Below are positions 11,791 through 23,250 of a stretch of 64,000 bases of DNA, piece by piece. A model generated the notes under the pieces. The model did not search any database, was not told where the DNA came from, and saw only the letters and a list, made by a program, of their open reading frames with translations. The position numbers and the translations under genes were made by a program. Within the stretch, counting starts at the first letter, position 1; each line of letters begins with the position of its first letter. This stretch comes from the human T2T-CHM13v2.0 reference genome, Homo sapiens: the NCBI RefSeq assembly GCF_009914755.1, contig NC_060933.1; one strand, 5' to 3'.

Positions 11791-13275
11791 TCATTGACAT
11801 ATTATCACTTTCTATAATCAGTCTAAAGAATCTCCTGTGTTCTAGAGTCAGATGGGTACTATATGGGCAAGACAACTGTATATCCTAGCTTTTCCTGGGT
11901 GACCTGGATTTCAAAAGTTCTGCCTGACTGTCCGGATAAGTATACTCTTCAAAGTGTGCATTTTTACATCGATTTGAAAGGGGAAAGGGTAGCCACTTAA
12001 TTTTTAATGAGATATGTAAATATATATCATATAATTGGAAATCTACACACAATATTTTAATAATAATCACCTCCCTATGAATGACATAGAATGGTCAATG
12101 ATTAAAAAGTCTTGTATAAAATAAAACTAAGTGAAAAAAGAAAGAGGATGCAACATGAAAGGAAAGCTATCAGAGGTGTCTGTTTCCAAGTAGGTAAAAC
12201 TTACCCTTTGAAATTAGATAAAACGCTTCTGTACCTTTGACTATGGGCATGAAGTCAAAGGAGGCATTCCTGCAATCAGAGCTGGATGTGAGTTATGACT
12301 ACTTTAAAAGAAGATGCCTTTCAAGGGAAGTCTTTGGCAGCTGTGTAGCTGGATTAGAAAGGAGTTAATTTAAGTGCGCAAATAAATGGAATCTATATAC
12401 ATGGGGATTAGCGAATGTCATTCTTGACATTTCAAAAGAATGGATTTTGACCTCAGTTGGAATATGCATGTGATGTGTCTCTCATTCCATCCCTAGCATT
12501 ACTAACTGGTGTATTATTATTTCAACACTAAACAAAGAGAAATAGCACTTGTCCCTGGACCAACATGTTACTTTAGAAGTCCCAGTCTCAACACAAGGAA
12601 TATTTTGACAGTGGATGGAGCACATACCCCTTGAAAACCCCACATGGCACAGCTGGTAAGTCACCCAGAAAGCCAATTCTATTTAAATGCTTATGAAACG
12701 TCTAAGGAGAAATTCAAAACATTTTTTAAAAATCACAGTTGTAAGTGAAATACTTCCAGCAGCAATAAGCTGGGAAAGTAGATGGCAAAACTCGGGGGGT
12801 TTTCTTCAACATGGAGAGCCAATCTTTCCTTCCTTTTTAATGTATGTATGAATGGATGTATTTTAACAGGAGGCAATGAGGGCTTATATTTGTATCCAGG
12901 TTGATTATGAAACACTGAGCAGATTTGTATAACAAATCCTCAAGGAGGTGAAAAGTCCTGGTGAGAAACTCATCTAGTCCAGCTTCCAACTGCAATATCC
13001 AACTCAGGCAAACTCCTGGTAACTCTAATGACTTTCCTCTCTAATCTCAGTCCAGTTTGGCCGTTGGGATTCAGTTCTCATCACTCTTCCATCTATGGCT
13101 CAGGCACAACCACTGTAATAATGCACACCAACAATGAGGAGACTTTTTGTTTTTGTTTTGAATATATTAACCTGAATTTGATAAAGTTAGCAAGTAGTAA
13201 CTTCCATAGGGATGATTTTTTTTCAGGCAGCCATATTGAAATGATCCTAATTTTCCTTAGGGTCATGTCTAAGAT

Positions 13276-13605
13276 CAGAGATTGGCAAACTTTTTCTGTA
13301 ATGGGCTCGATGATAAATATTTAACTCTACAGACTATAAAGTTGCCATTGTGGCTGCTCAATTTTGCTACTACATCATGCAATCAGTTACAGGTAATATA
13401 TAAACAAGTTAAAATGGCTGTGTTCTAATAAAATATTTTATGGACATATATTTGAATTTTATATAATTTTCATGTGTCAACAATATTACTTTTCTTTTGA
13501 CTTTTTCCAACTATTTAAAAATGTAAAAAACACTCTTAGCTAGCAGACCATACAAAAACAGGCAGCAGGCCACATTTGGCCCACGGGCCAGTTTGCTGAC
13601 CCATG
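13276..13605. mobile_element. MER58B-like hAT-Charlie non-autonomous DNA transposon
   Basis: TIR-like ends cagagattggcaaact / agtttgctgacccatg; 8-bp TSD tctaagat / tctgagaa (6/8). Confidence 0.85.
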
Positions 13606-13716
13606 TCTGAGAAACTCAGTAGGAAAAAATTGCCAAGGGACACTTTTAGGAGTCACTACAGAGGAGGTTAGCTACGGATACAGTCCCTTCCTCAAAGGTT
13701 AAAGGCCAGTCACGGG

Positions 13717-14051
13717 TGATAGTCATTAGTGCTGTCCACTGAATATTCTCTGTTCTTTCCCTAGGAACATGGTAGCATTGTCACTTCCCACACCCTTATA
13801 GTCACTGTGGCATGTGACTATAGGAGATGTGAATAGAAACGACATGTATTCCTTCCAGGTGAAAAATTAAAGAGTAAAGACATGATTTATCATATTCCCT
13901 TCTCTAGGTTACAGTACTTATGAATGGGTGAAGTACCCGCAACTGACCTGCAGGTCATATAGCTTGAACAAGAAATAAGATTCTGTTGTGTTAAACCACT
14001 GAAATTTTGGGGTGATTTGTTCACAGGTTAGCCCAGCCTGTACTAAATGCA
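13717..14051 (+). mobile_element. MaLR solo LTR (MLT1I/J-like)
   Basis: tgatagtcattagtgctgtccact start; aagaaataagattctgttgtgttaaaccactgaaattttggggtgatttgt 3' end. Confidence 0.8.
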
Positions 14052-14269
14052 ACTGGATTATTACAGACTATGATCAGAGGATGCCTGTGGTTCCTTAAAA
14101 TGAAATATTTATTCTTATATCAGCAAGAGACAGCCACTTGGCCAACTGAAAATAGGTTACCACATACATCATGGATTTATTGTTCTTCAATCTGTGACCT
14201 ATCAAGAAAACTATATATAGTAGATAATTTGTAATGCTACTATTCAATGCATTAAATGCATTGAATAGG

Positions 14270-14792
14270 TTATAAGACAGGTAGTCTCATATTCTGCTGA
14301 TGGAAAAGTAAACTGCTGGAATCTTTCTAGAAAGCTAATTTCCTATGCCCACCAAGGTCTTTTATAATTTTTCAAACTCTTGGACTACAAACTCTATTTC
14401 TAGGAATCTAGCCTAAAAATATAGTCAAGAATCCAGGCAAATATTTGTGAATAATGATATTCATTCTTGTCAAAATAACAAAAAATCCCTGGAAATAATT
14501 GTATTCAGCTTTATGAGAAATAGTAAAAATTATGGCATATTCATATAATGAAAAAGTTATACAACTATTTAAAATTAAGTTTATAAAGAAATTTAATAAC
14601 GAAAAATAAATATAGTATGATTTTTACCTATATTTACATGTAATATATAGAGAAAGAGACAAAGAGAAGAACTGGAATAAAACACACTGAAACATAAACA
14701 AATGGTTATTTTATTCCATTGACATTTTTATATTTTCCAAATTTTCTACAGGGAATATGTATTACTCTTACAATCAAATAAAGCAATAAAAG
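14270..14792 (+). mobile_element. Old L1ME 3' end
   Basis: ctcatattctgctgatggaaaagtaaactg...ttttccaaattttctacagggaatatgtattactctt. Confidence 0.75.
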
Positions 14793-15139
14793 TCATCCCA
14801 AACCAGCCAGCTTTAGACTTATCTCCTCAGAGCACCCCAAGTCTGTTTCTGCTTTCCATAAGCTATGAAATGCTCAAGAATCCTCTGTAGTGAAGAAACT
14901 CCCCACTTTCTAACATTTTTACTTAGAACCCCTAATTAAGTTATCAGCATAAAACCACCCCAAGAAAATGATTCATAGAAGTCCACATCAGAAAGAATGG
15001 GCCTTCCCCTCTTCCCAATGTTGGCATATATCAATTCAAAGCTTATTACTATTTAAATTACTTTATTATCATAATTCCTGTGAATGACTTGCTTTGGTAG
15101 GATTTTATAGATCTTTTAACCTACCCTTTCAGCCTTACC

Positions 15140-15523
15140 ATCCCCACTATAATGCCGACTTCCATAACAACAGCAAATAATCTCAGTGGCTTAACACAAT
15201 CAATCTTGTTCCTTTCACAGTCTGTTCAGGTATTTAGTGCATGGCCTTCTGTTCCATGGTTACAGTATCTTGGCTTTTCTTTTATGGGACCACCATCTGT
15301 AAGTGCTTCCTCAGAGGGCTTTGCTAGATCCTCTGCATTCAGCTAGCCAAACAAGCCAGGCAAGAAAGTTAGGAGAAAAGGCATGCATCACTCTACCTTC
15401 ATTCCATTTGCCAGAAAACAGTCACATGACCCCACTTAACCACAAGTGGGACTGAGGAACGTGGTCTTTCTCTATGTTCATAAATGGGAGGCAAGGGTGG
15501 GGAATGTCACCAGTCTCTGCCTT
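15140..15523 (-). mobile_element. MaLR solo LTR (MLT1K-like)
   Basis: cataacaacagcaaataatctcagtggcttaacacaa...cattccatttgccagaaaacagtcacatgacccca. Confidence 0.75.
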
Positions 15524-15599
15524 ACCCACTATAGATAACTAAGAGTAGCTCTCAGCTCTCAATACTACATATTCTGGTTCACTTTCATCTTTTGCTAAA

Positions 15600-15890
15600 G
15601 GAACTCTCCCACTCAGTTAATCTTTCCCCTACTAGATCCCCCAAATTGGTTTTGAATCTCACCTCCAATAAGTTGTTTTAAATGCCCCAATCAAAAGAAC
15701 TCATTCCTTTCTTTATGGACCTGTTGCATGAATTTCTATTATAACTGTTCTCGGAGCCTGGGGCTTATATTAGTGAAAATTGTATGTTTTTCCTTCATCA
15801 AAGGTAAGCGACTGAACCAGGTGTTATTCTTCACCATCTCCCATGGTATCCAGCCTTGGGTTTTCACATGCTAAGCACTCAGCAAATATT
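15600..15890 (+). mobile_element. L2 LINE 3' end
   Basis: tcaccatctcccatggtatccagccttggg...gcactcagcaaatatt. Confidence 0.5.
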
Positions 15891-16839
15891 AATTCCCTTC
15901 CATTGCTTTTCCATCAACATTTGTGAAAGCTAACAGAACAAAAATACACCAGCCTAGTGTTTCACATAAATGCTGCCGGTTTTAGCTCTCCCTCTTAACA
16001 AATATTATATGAAGAGGGAGATTTATATTTATAAGAAGGTCCAGAAGAATCATCCAAGAAGCACATGAGCTTTAAAACCTCTTTGGGGATTGATTTAAGA
16101 ACCAAAGGATCTAGCATAAGGTTTCGTATTCCTCTGATAATCCCACGTATTTTGCAGACTTTAAAACTCTCTGTGGACTTTTCCTTTTCCTGGAAAATCC
16201 AAGTTCTTTAGTAAATCAACTTTTCAGCCCAGTGGGTATAAAAACAGACTGTGTAGTAAATGTGCTTTAGCTTTGCTGAGTTTGCAGGCAAATGGAAAGA
16301 AAAGCAAAGAAATAAAGTAAAAGTGAGAGGTGTGAACTTTCCCCATCCATCTTAATGGAGTGCTAACCTTCTTGCCTCAAGGTGACTGTTTGAATTCTAG
16401 AACTATTAAACAACAAGCTGAAATCCAAACAATCAGTCTGGGAGTGAAATTGCCTTGAAAAAGGACAGCTGTGTCCAGTTTTGACTAGGATGCAGGCTTA
16501 AGAAAGCAAGTACACCCCAAATAAACTGATTTTGGCTGTCCTCTGTCAGCTTTAGACTCTGTAACCTCTCCTCCTTCCTCTTCCCTGAAATGTTCACTCC
16601 TTTTGAAAGCTGGATTGGGTGTAAAATGGGGCCTTGCTTTTAGGGATGGCATCTGAGAATGGGCACATTAAGTGAAAGGCACTATCTTTTGTCAAAGAGT
16701 GCCTCAAAACTCTTAGAATTTGGAGCGTTAGTGATTGTTGATTTTCACCATTTGGAGTAATTTGTACGGTGCCTAGTACTAGGGGTTGTACAGAGGGGAA
16801 AGGCAGAAAGAGGCTAGAGACCGACAAACAGAGCTTAAG

Positions 16840-17699
16840 TTAAAACATTTAAAAGCAACACATGCTTATACAGAAAATTCAGAAACCTCAGACAAAAAGA
16901 AATAAACAAAAATTACCCAAGTCCCTATATTCCAAAACAAAGCTGTTAACATTTTGATGTTTTGCTCTGTAACAATTTTTCTCTGCAAAGGGTTCAGAAG
17001 GAATTTTTGTTCTTTGGTTTGAAGCTATTGACCAGACCAGAACTGAGACTGTAGGAGAAACTGAATCCAAAAAGAGCAAACTCTAGGCCTAATTTCCAAA
17101 GCATCCTTCTTGATACTATCTTCATTTATAAAATAAAAGGACTGGAACCAAACAACTCCCTGCTGGGTCTGATGTTTGGTAATTGGGTAAAAGCATAAGA
17201 GAAAAAAGAACACCTGCTTTGAAGTCAAGTCAGACATGAACTTCATTTCCAGCTTTAGGACTTACCACGTGTTTCATCTCAGGCAAATTCTTTAATTTCT
17301 CTGACCTAGGTACCTCATCTTTAAAATACAAATAATAATATGACTTCATAATTACAGTATTTTGAAAATGAAGGGACATCATCTTGAAGATAATAAACAA
17401 TCAAAATTGTAATTATTGTTCTATGATTACTATGGGCTCAGGAGGAGTTTTAGGGAAGCTTTCCTAATATAACACTTCTTCAGTTTCTCCTATAGTCTCA
17501 GTTCTGTCTGGTCAATAGCTTCAAACAAACGAACACAAATTCCTACTGAAACCTATGCAGAAAAAAAGGATTGCAGGGCAAAACACCAAAATGTTAACTG
17601 CATTGTTTTGGAATATAGGGACTTGAGTAATTTTTGTTTATTTCTGTCTGCAGTTTCTAAATTTTCTATATAAGCATGTGTTGCTTTTAAATGTTTTAA
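16840..17699. repeat. Long inverted repeat: arms 16840-17065 and 17479-17699, 413-bp spacer
   Basis: Reverse complement of the right arm matches the left arm at ~88% (21 substitutions, 2 small gaps); the outer 31 bp are perfect. Confidence 0.97.
17200..17432 (+). mobile_element. MIR SINE (in the inverted-repeat spacer)
   Basis: gctttgaagtcaagtcagacatgaacttcatttccagct...ggcaaattctttaatttctctgacct...cctcatctttaaaat. Confidence 0.75.
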
Positions 17700-17854
17700 T
17701 AAATATTTTTGCTGGAAAAAAGAGTAAATATTCAACAGATACTGTGTGATGAGTAGGCTAATTATTAAGCAGCTCTTTGCAGATTGCTGTTGCATAAATT
17801 GTGCAACTGTATACCCCAGATTTCTTGGGAAAGTTCTAAATATGGATATTTTGT

Positions 17855-17945
17855 TCCATTGGTTTAACTTAGTCTAGTGTATATGGTTACTCTATACTGT
17901 TACTCCAGTTGTTTGATTTAGTCTGATGTATATGATTACTCTATA
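17855..17945 (+). repeat. Two-copy 42-bp near-tandem duplication (period 49)
   Basis: 17855-17896 vs 17904-17945, 35/42 identical; ends resemble a hAT TIR remnant (atatggttactcta). Confidence 0.8.
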
Positions 17946-18489
17946 AATGAGATACAATAGCAAATTAGGGAAAACATACATGATTCCACCTATCTAGAAA
18001 CTTCCATCATGAAAAAGACCTGTGTGTATACTAAAATAATAATAAAATCAAACTATTTGATGCCTGAGCAGAAAGCAAGCACAAATTGTAAGGTGACAAA
18101 TGGGGAAGTCACACTGGGTACTGACAGCCTGGTGTGTTTAGACAGAGAACTCTTCTGGATTCAATGGAGCACTTCATGTTGATTGGTGGGACAGATGAAA
18201 AAGGAGGAGAGAATCTGGGGAAGGTTAAAATGCAAACTAGAAATGGCTAAACGGTTTTCACTAGATGCGAAAGAAATGCAGCGGAGATGGGATTTTAACA
18301 GGGTTTTGGAATTACAATAATTATAAAGAAATCCATGGGTCTTAGGCTTCCAAAAAGGAAACGTGTGACTCTATAGGTATCAGTCAGGTAACATTACGTA
18401 AGGTGTAGTTATAACCATGTCAGATTCTTTGCCAACTCAGTGTTTTCTAAGGTTAAAAAAAAAAAAAATTGGATACCCACTTAATAAAA

Positions 18490-19005
18490 TGTACTGGGCT
18501 CCATGTAACAGAATATAAGATTAAAACTGACTTGAAAAATTGAAGCCCAGAGGTACAGTGATCTCCAGATTGATGCAGTAACTCAACAACCTCAGGGATC
18601 CAGACTTTCCAGATGTGTTTCCCCCTGCCATCCTCTGTGTGTCACGGCCCTCTGCATAACCCAAGATGGCTGTAGCCATTCCAAGCATCATATGCTCATA
18701 CAACCCTGGTGGGAATGGGGCAAGTAAGGCCAGAGGGGTAAGGAAATTCTCCTCAAGCATCTCGCTATCAGGGAAAAAGAGATTTCCTGTAAGTTCCTTC
18801 AACAAATTCCTTCACTGATATTCCCAATATCAATGGTCACCATTGGGTCAAACGGCCATCCCCATCAAGGAAAGAAGGAAGGCAAGGGCTGTGTTTTTAC
18901 TTTCCAACACAGGCTGTGGTCTCTGCCCAACTGGAAAAAAAAAAAGAAAAAGAAAAAAAAAAAAAACTAGGGTGGCAATTAGCTGTTATGTAGAGAATTA
19001 ACAAG
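18490..19005 (-). mobile_element. Old MaLR LTR (MLT1L/N-like)
   Basis: gtaacagaa...ctcagggatccagactttcc...caagatggctgtagccattccaagcatcatatgctca. Confidence 0.65.
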
Positions 19006-22000
19006 GAGCATTGTAAGTGTTATATTTCAAACAAATTAAAATGCATGCCTTCTTAGCCAATAGTGCTTAAAATAAAAGTACCTGTATTCCTCATACCACC
19101 TGTCCACCATCACCTTTACCCTCGCCTCCACTCACGTATACACATAGAGAAAGCAAGGACTCCTAATATTGGACTGACTTTATTTTTTCTCTTTACTCTT
19201 CCCTTGGCTGAATTTATAGAACAAGATCATCTTACAATTACAGAAGAGATCATTTATTTTTTGCCTCTTAGATATTTGTGGATTTTTCTGTTTGTTTCAG
19301 ATGTAACTAAAGGAATTATAACAACAAAAAACAGAAGCCAAGAATATGTGGTTTTTGTGAATATTTATGTTTTCCTGCAAAAATTGAAAGAAATATTTAA
19401 TAAACATTTTAAAAATCATACAATAAATGATAACTATTGTATGTCCTTAGGCATGGAAAGAAAATTAAGCAAAATAGGAGTTACACAGATATAAAGGGCA
19501 TAATTGAAGCAGCTTCTATTAACTCTTTCAGATGCCATCAACATAATTTTAAAAACCAAAGGTGAATACGTATTCATCATAGTTTAATTTTAAGTAAATA
19601 AAAATTGTTTCTGAATAGTATTTGAAATCAAAATCCACCTATCCTGAATGACTTCAAAGTAATTAAAAAGTAAAACTAAAAATGGATGACAAATTACTAT
19701 CTGCTTTGTTTGGCTTTTCAATAAAAACTAAATACAACACAAAATAAGGAGAGTAATTTAAAATTGTCATGCATTATAATAATTTATTTATAATTAGAAT
19801 ACTTCATCTTTTATAAAAGCCTATTACTCTACCTGTGTAGTGTATCCATCTGGACAAGTTTTTCTGAATTCCCTCAGGTAATTAGTTTCATGAAACATTG
19901 CTGGATGGCATATTCTCCCTCACCACTACTCCTGAGATTTTATAAAATACAAGCACTCTTACCACAATGTTATGTTGAGAAATGTAATTAACAGAAAATA
20001 TTGTATGATATTCATGTCAAACATTACTTGGGCAAAATACATATAGACTCTAAGTATTCCTAGATGACCTAATTAGGCAAAACAAATTTATCTCACAAAT
20101 CTTGACACTATATTCCTTCTCTGGAGCAGATATTCAAGGCCTTGGGAAGCATTTGATTCTGGGTTTAACCTCCCAGCTGCCCAAGACCTTATACCATATC
20201 ACACAGTGAATCTATGAAATGACCCAGAATAATTCCTTTCAGCTCCATTTCAGTAAAGTCCTCATCTCTCTAGTCTATTGGTCAGCCCCACCTTCCTGCT
20301 GGATCCTATTTGCAACATCTTTATTACTTGCCATTTTGGAAGTCACAAACTGTCTCAGATCTTTTATTCATCAACTCTTCACCCAAGGCACATATGTTGC
20401 TAAACTCTCTCCAGTAATTCAGAAAAAGGGAAACTTAATTTCCTTTTGTTAAACAGTGGCATCCTACTGTTGTCTTTGCCTTTCCTGTTTATACTGAATC
20501 CTAAACAAGCTTTTTCATCTACCAAATGTTCCACCAATGTCTAGAGTTTATCTGTGTATTAGAGTCTTGCACCCTTGCACTGTTCTTGTGCACTAAGTAT
20601 AAAACAGCTATTTCCATTTAAAGGTAATTATTGCTGCAGTACTGCAACACATCAATTAACATTTTTCCAAGTCAATAATACAAAGATCCAAGACAAAGGT
20701 AAAGGAAGGAGATCCTTCTGTTCACCAGACTCAAGTTGTAATTGGTTTTCCAATTAAGAGTGGTTATCCTGAGAAATTATTGGTTCTAAGACTAGAACGT
20801 TTACTAAAGCCACAATAACTTTGAGCCAAAGCAATAAGACAAGGCAAAAACCACTTTAAAAAAGCAATTTATTATAATTTGTATATTAATTCATTTGTTG
20901 CACATCTAGTAAGTACTCACAACTTTGAAAAGTAAGTGGGGAAGACACAGAAGAAACACAAAACACAGTAAATTTGTTAAACCATAGGAGTGTTTTCTAT
21001 TAAGGACAATTATGGCCACATGAATCAAATCTCCCTACAAACTGGAGGATCAATAAGAGGGAATAAATAAACCACACATGACCCACATATTTAGCATCAC
21101 CTGAAAAAAAAGCCACGAATTTCAAATTACCCACAAGAAATAACACTAATTTTAAAATTTCTACAGAGCTCCATTGGCACTATATTCTCAGAGAGTGGAA
21201 TGAAAGACTCTGTCTTTGAGAGACTTCATGAAAAACAGGGGAATTGAACAGAATACATGGGTGAAACAGAAAAAGAAAACCACCCTCGGAAAGATAAAAG
21301 TCAACATTAATTGCTAAAATACTGAGCACATATCTGGGACTTCATATTTCACAACTACACCTATAGGAAAGGGACTTTAAAGTGAGAGATACTGGAGGTT
21401 GCAACCAGTAACTCTCAAATACAGACAAATACAGAAAAACTGTACTTTCTGTTTCCACAAGAAACCTTGTTTCTGGTGGAGAATCAAATACAGAAAATAC
21501 AGTATTGGAGATGTGGCAGTGAAGAGAAAAAGAGAAATAAAAAGGAAAAATATAAAATTATTAATCCTACAGAAATTAGAGAAATAAAATATACTCACCC
21601 CTCTCCCTGTTTCCATCACCATTAGCATCATCTATTAGAGAAACTGTGCTTCATGATACCAAGAAAGAGGGTACCCTTAAAACTAGAAATCCTGTCCACA
21701 AAATATCTATGAAACAAATCTAAAAAAGCAACCCAGTGCTATGCAAAGACCCTATAAGAAGAAAGTAAGCAAACAAAAATGTGAGTTTCAGTTGAAACTT
21801 CTCTCCCAATAAACCATACAGCAGAAGAAAACCATAACTAAACTCCAAAATAAATCAATATTCTTAAGCAACCATTTAGAGAAGTATCTTTTAATACATA
21901 GAATCAAAAATTTAAGAACTAAAAAATGGATATGGAAAGAAACAGGAAGAAATGCAATAAGAATGGCCTGAACTCAGGAAAGAAACTGAATAAAAAGACA

Positions 22001-22077
22001 AAACCATCTCATAAATGAAGGATGAATTATAAGTTGCACAAGGAAGAATAGATTAAAATAAAAATTTAATAAGAGGT

Positions 22078-22451
22078 TACACAGGTCTGAATGTTTGTGT
22101 CCCTCCAATATTCACACATTACAACATAACCTCCAAGTTTATGGGATTAAGAAGCGGAGCCTTTAGTAGGTGATTAGGTCAGGAGGGGTCCACCCCCATG
22201 ATTCAGATTAGTGCTTTTATAAAAGGGCTTCAGCAAGCCTATTTGCCCCTTCTACGCCTTATGCCATTTGAGGACACATAGAAGGTGCCATTTATGAAGA
22301 ACAGGGCCGTCATCAGACATCAAACTTGCAACTTCCCAGGATCTTGATCCTAGACTTCCCATCCAGAACAATAAGAAATACAATTCTGTTGTCTATAATT
22401 AATTACTCAGTCGATGGCATTTTATATTAGCAGCCTAAAAAGAATAAGACA
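22078..22451 (+). mobile_element. MaLR solo LTR (MSTD/MLT1A0-like) inserted in L1MC ORF1
   Basis: ggtctgaatgtttgtgtccctcc...gattagtgcttttataaaaggg...agcagcctaaaaagaataagaca. Confidence 0.9.
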
Positions 22452-23038
22452 GACATATTGAAAAAAGGTAGGGAAATAACTGAAAGAATAAAAAATGAGA
22501 AAAGAAGGAAGTAAAAGTGGTCACAGAGAAAACAAGGCAAAGAAGACTTGGTGCACTTATAATGGGAGTCTCTGAGAAAGGAAAAACAAAATTATGGAGC
22601 AGCTGTGCATATTTAAACTATAACTAAATAAAACTTTCCAAAAATAAAAGGATCCTGAATCTATGTTGAAAGGACCCATTATATATCTGGGAAAACTGAA
22701 TTAGAAATATTCTGATCAAGTCCTAGACTATCCTAGTAAAACTATTGTTTTAAAGACAAAGAAAAAATATCCTCAGAGATCTTCAGACAAAATGATCAAA
22801 TTATCTGTGAGGGCAAAAATATTAGGCTTACTTACATTCGAGTTCTCAATAGCAACATAAAACAAAATATGGCCACTGAGAGATTGCATTTTCAAGAAAT
22901 TTAAGGAAAGGAAGCACAAGTCAAGATTTATACCAAGGCAAGCTTCGCTTCAAGAATCGACTATATAAAAAAATCTTCAATGTGCAGTAATATGTGGAAT
23001 ATCATACACACGAACCATTCCTGAAGAGTCTACTAGAG

Positions 23039-23250
23039 CAATGTTTCTCAACTTTTTTCCCCCATTAACGCCCCTCTTAGGAGCCTTTTCAGACCTGCCT
23101 ACACACACATCCCATCACGATGAAATTTTAATACCTTGCATATACACTATCTCTTTATATGCTATGGTCTTTTGAAAGACTACACACCATTGTAACATCT
23201 AAGATTTTTTTACCCTTGGCCCCAGAAACCAATTTTCACCCCATGGATGT
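23039..23250. mobile_element. hAT-Charlie MITE inserted in L1MC
   Basis: ctagag|caatgtttctcaac terminus, then ccattgtaacatctaagattttt...aaaccaattttcacccc. Confidence 0.7.

Noticed and set aside
12290-12470. Possible CR1/L3 LINE relic
   Set aside because: The resemblance is too faint to support without an HMM search.
19063-19494. 143-aa ORF in unique AT-rich sequence
   Set aside because: Non-ATG (GTG) start, composition driven by low complexity, no recognisable domain; the length is compatible with chance.
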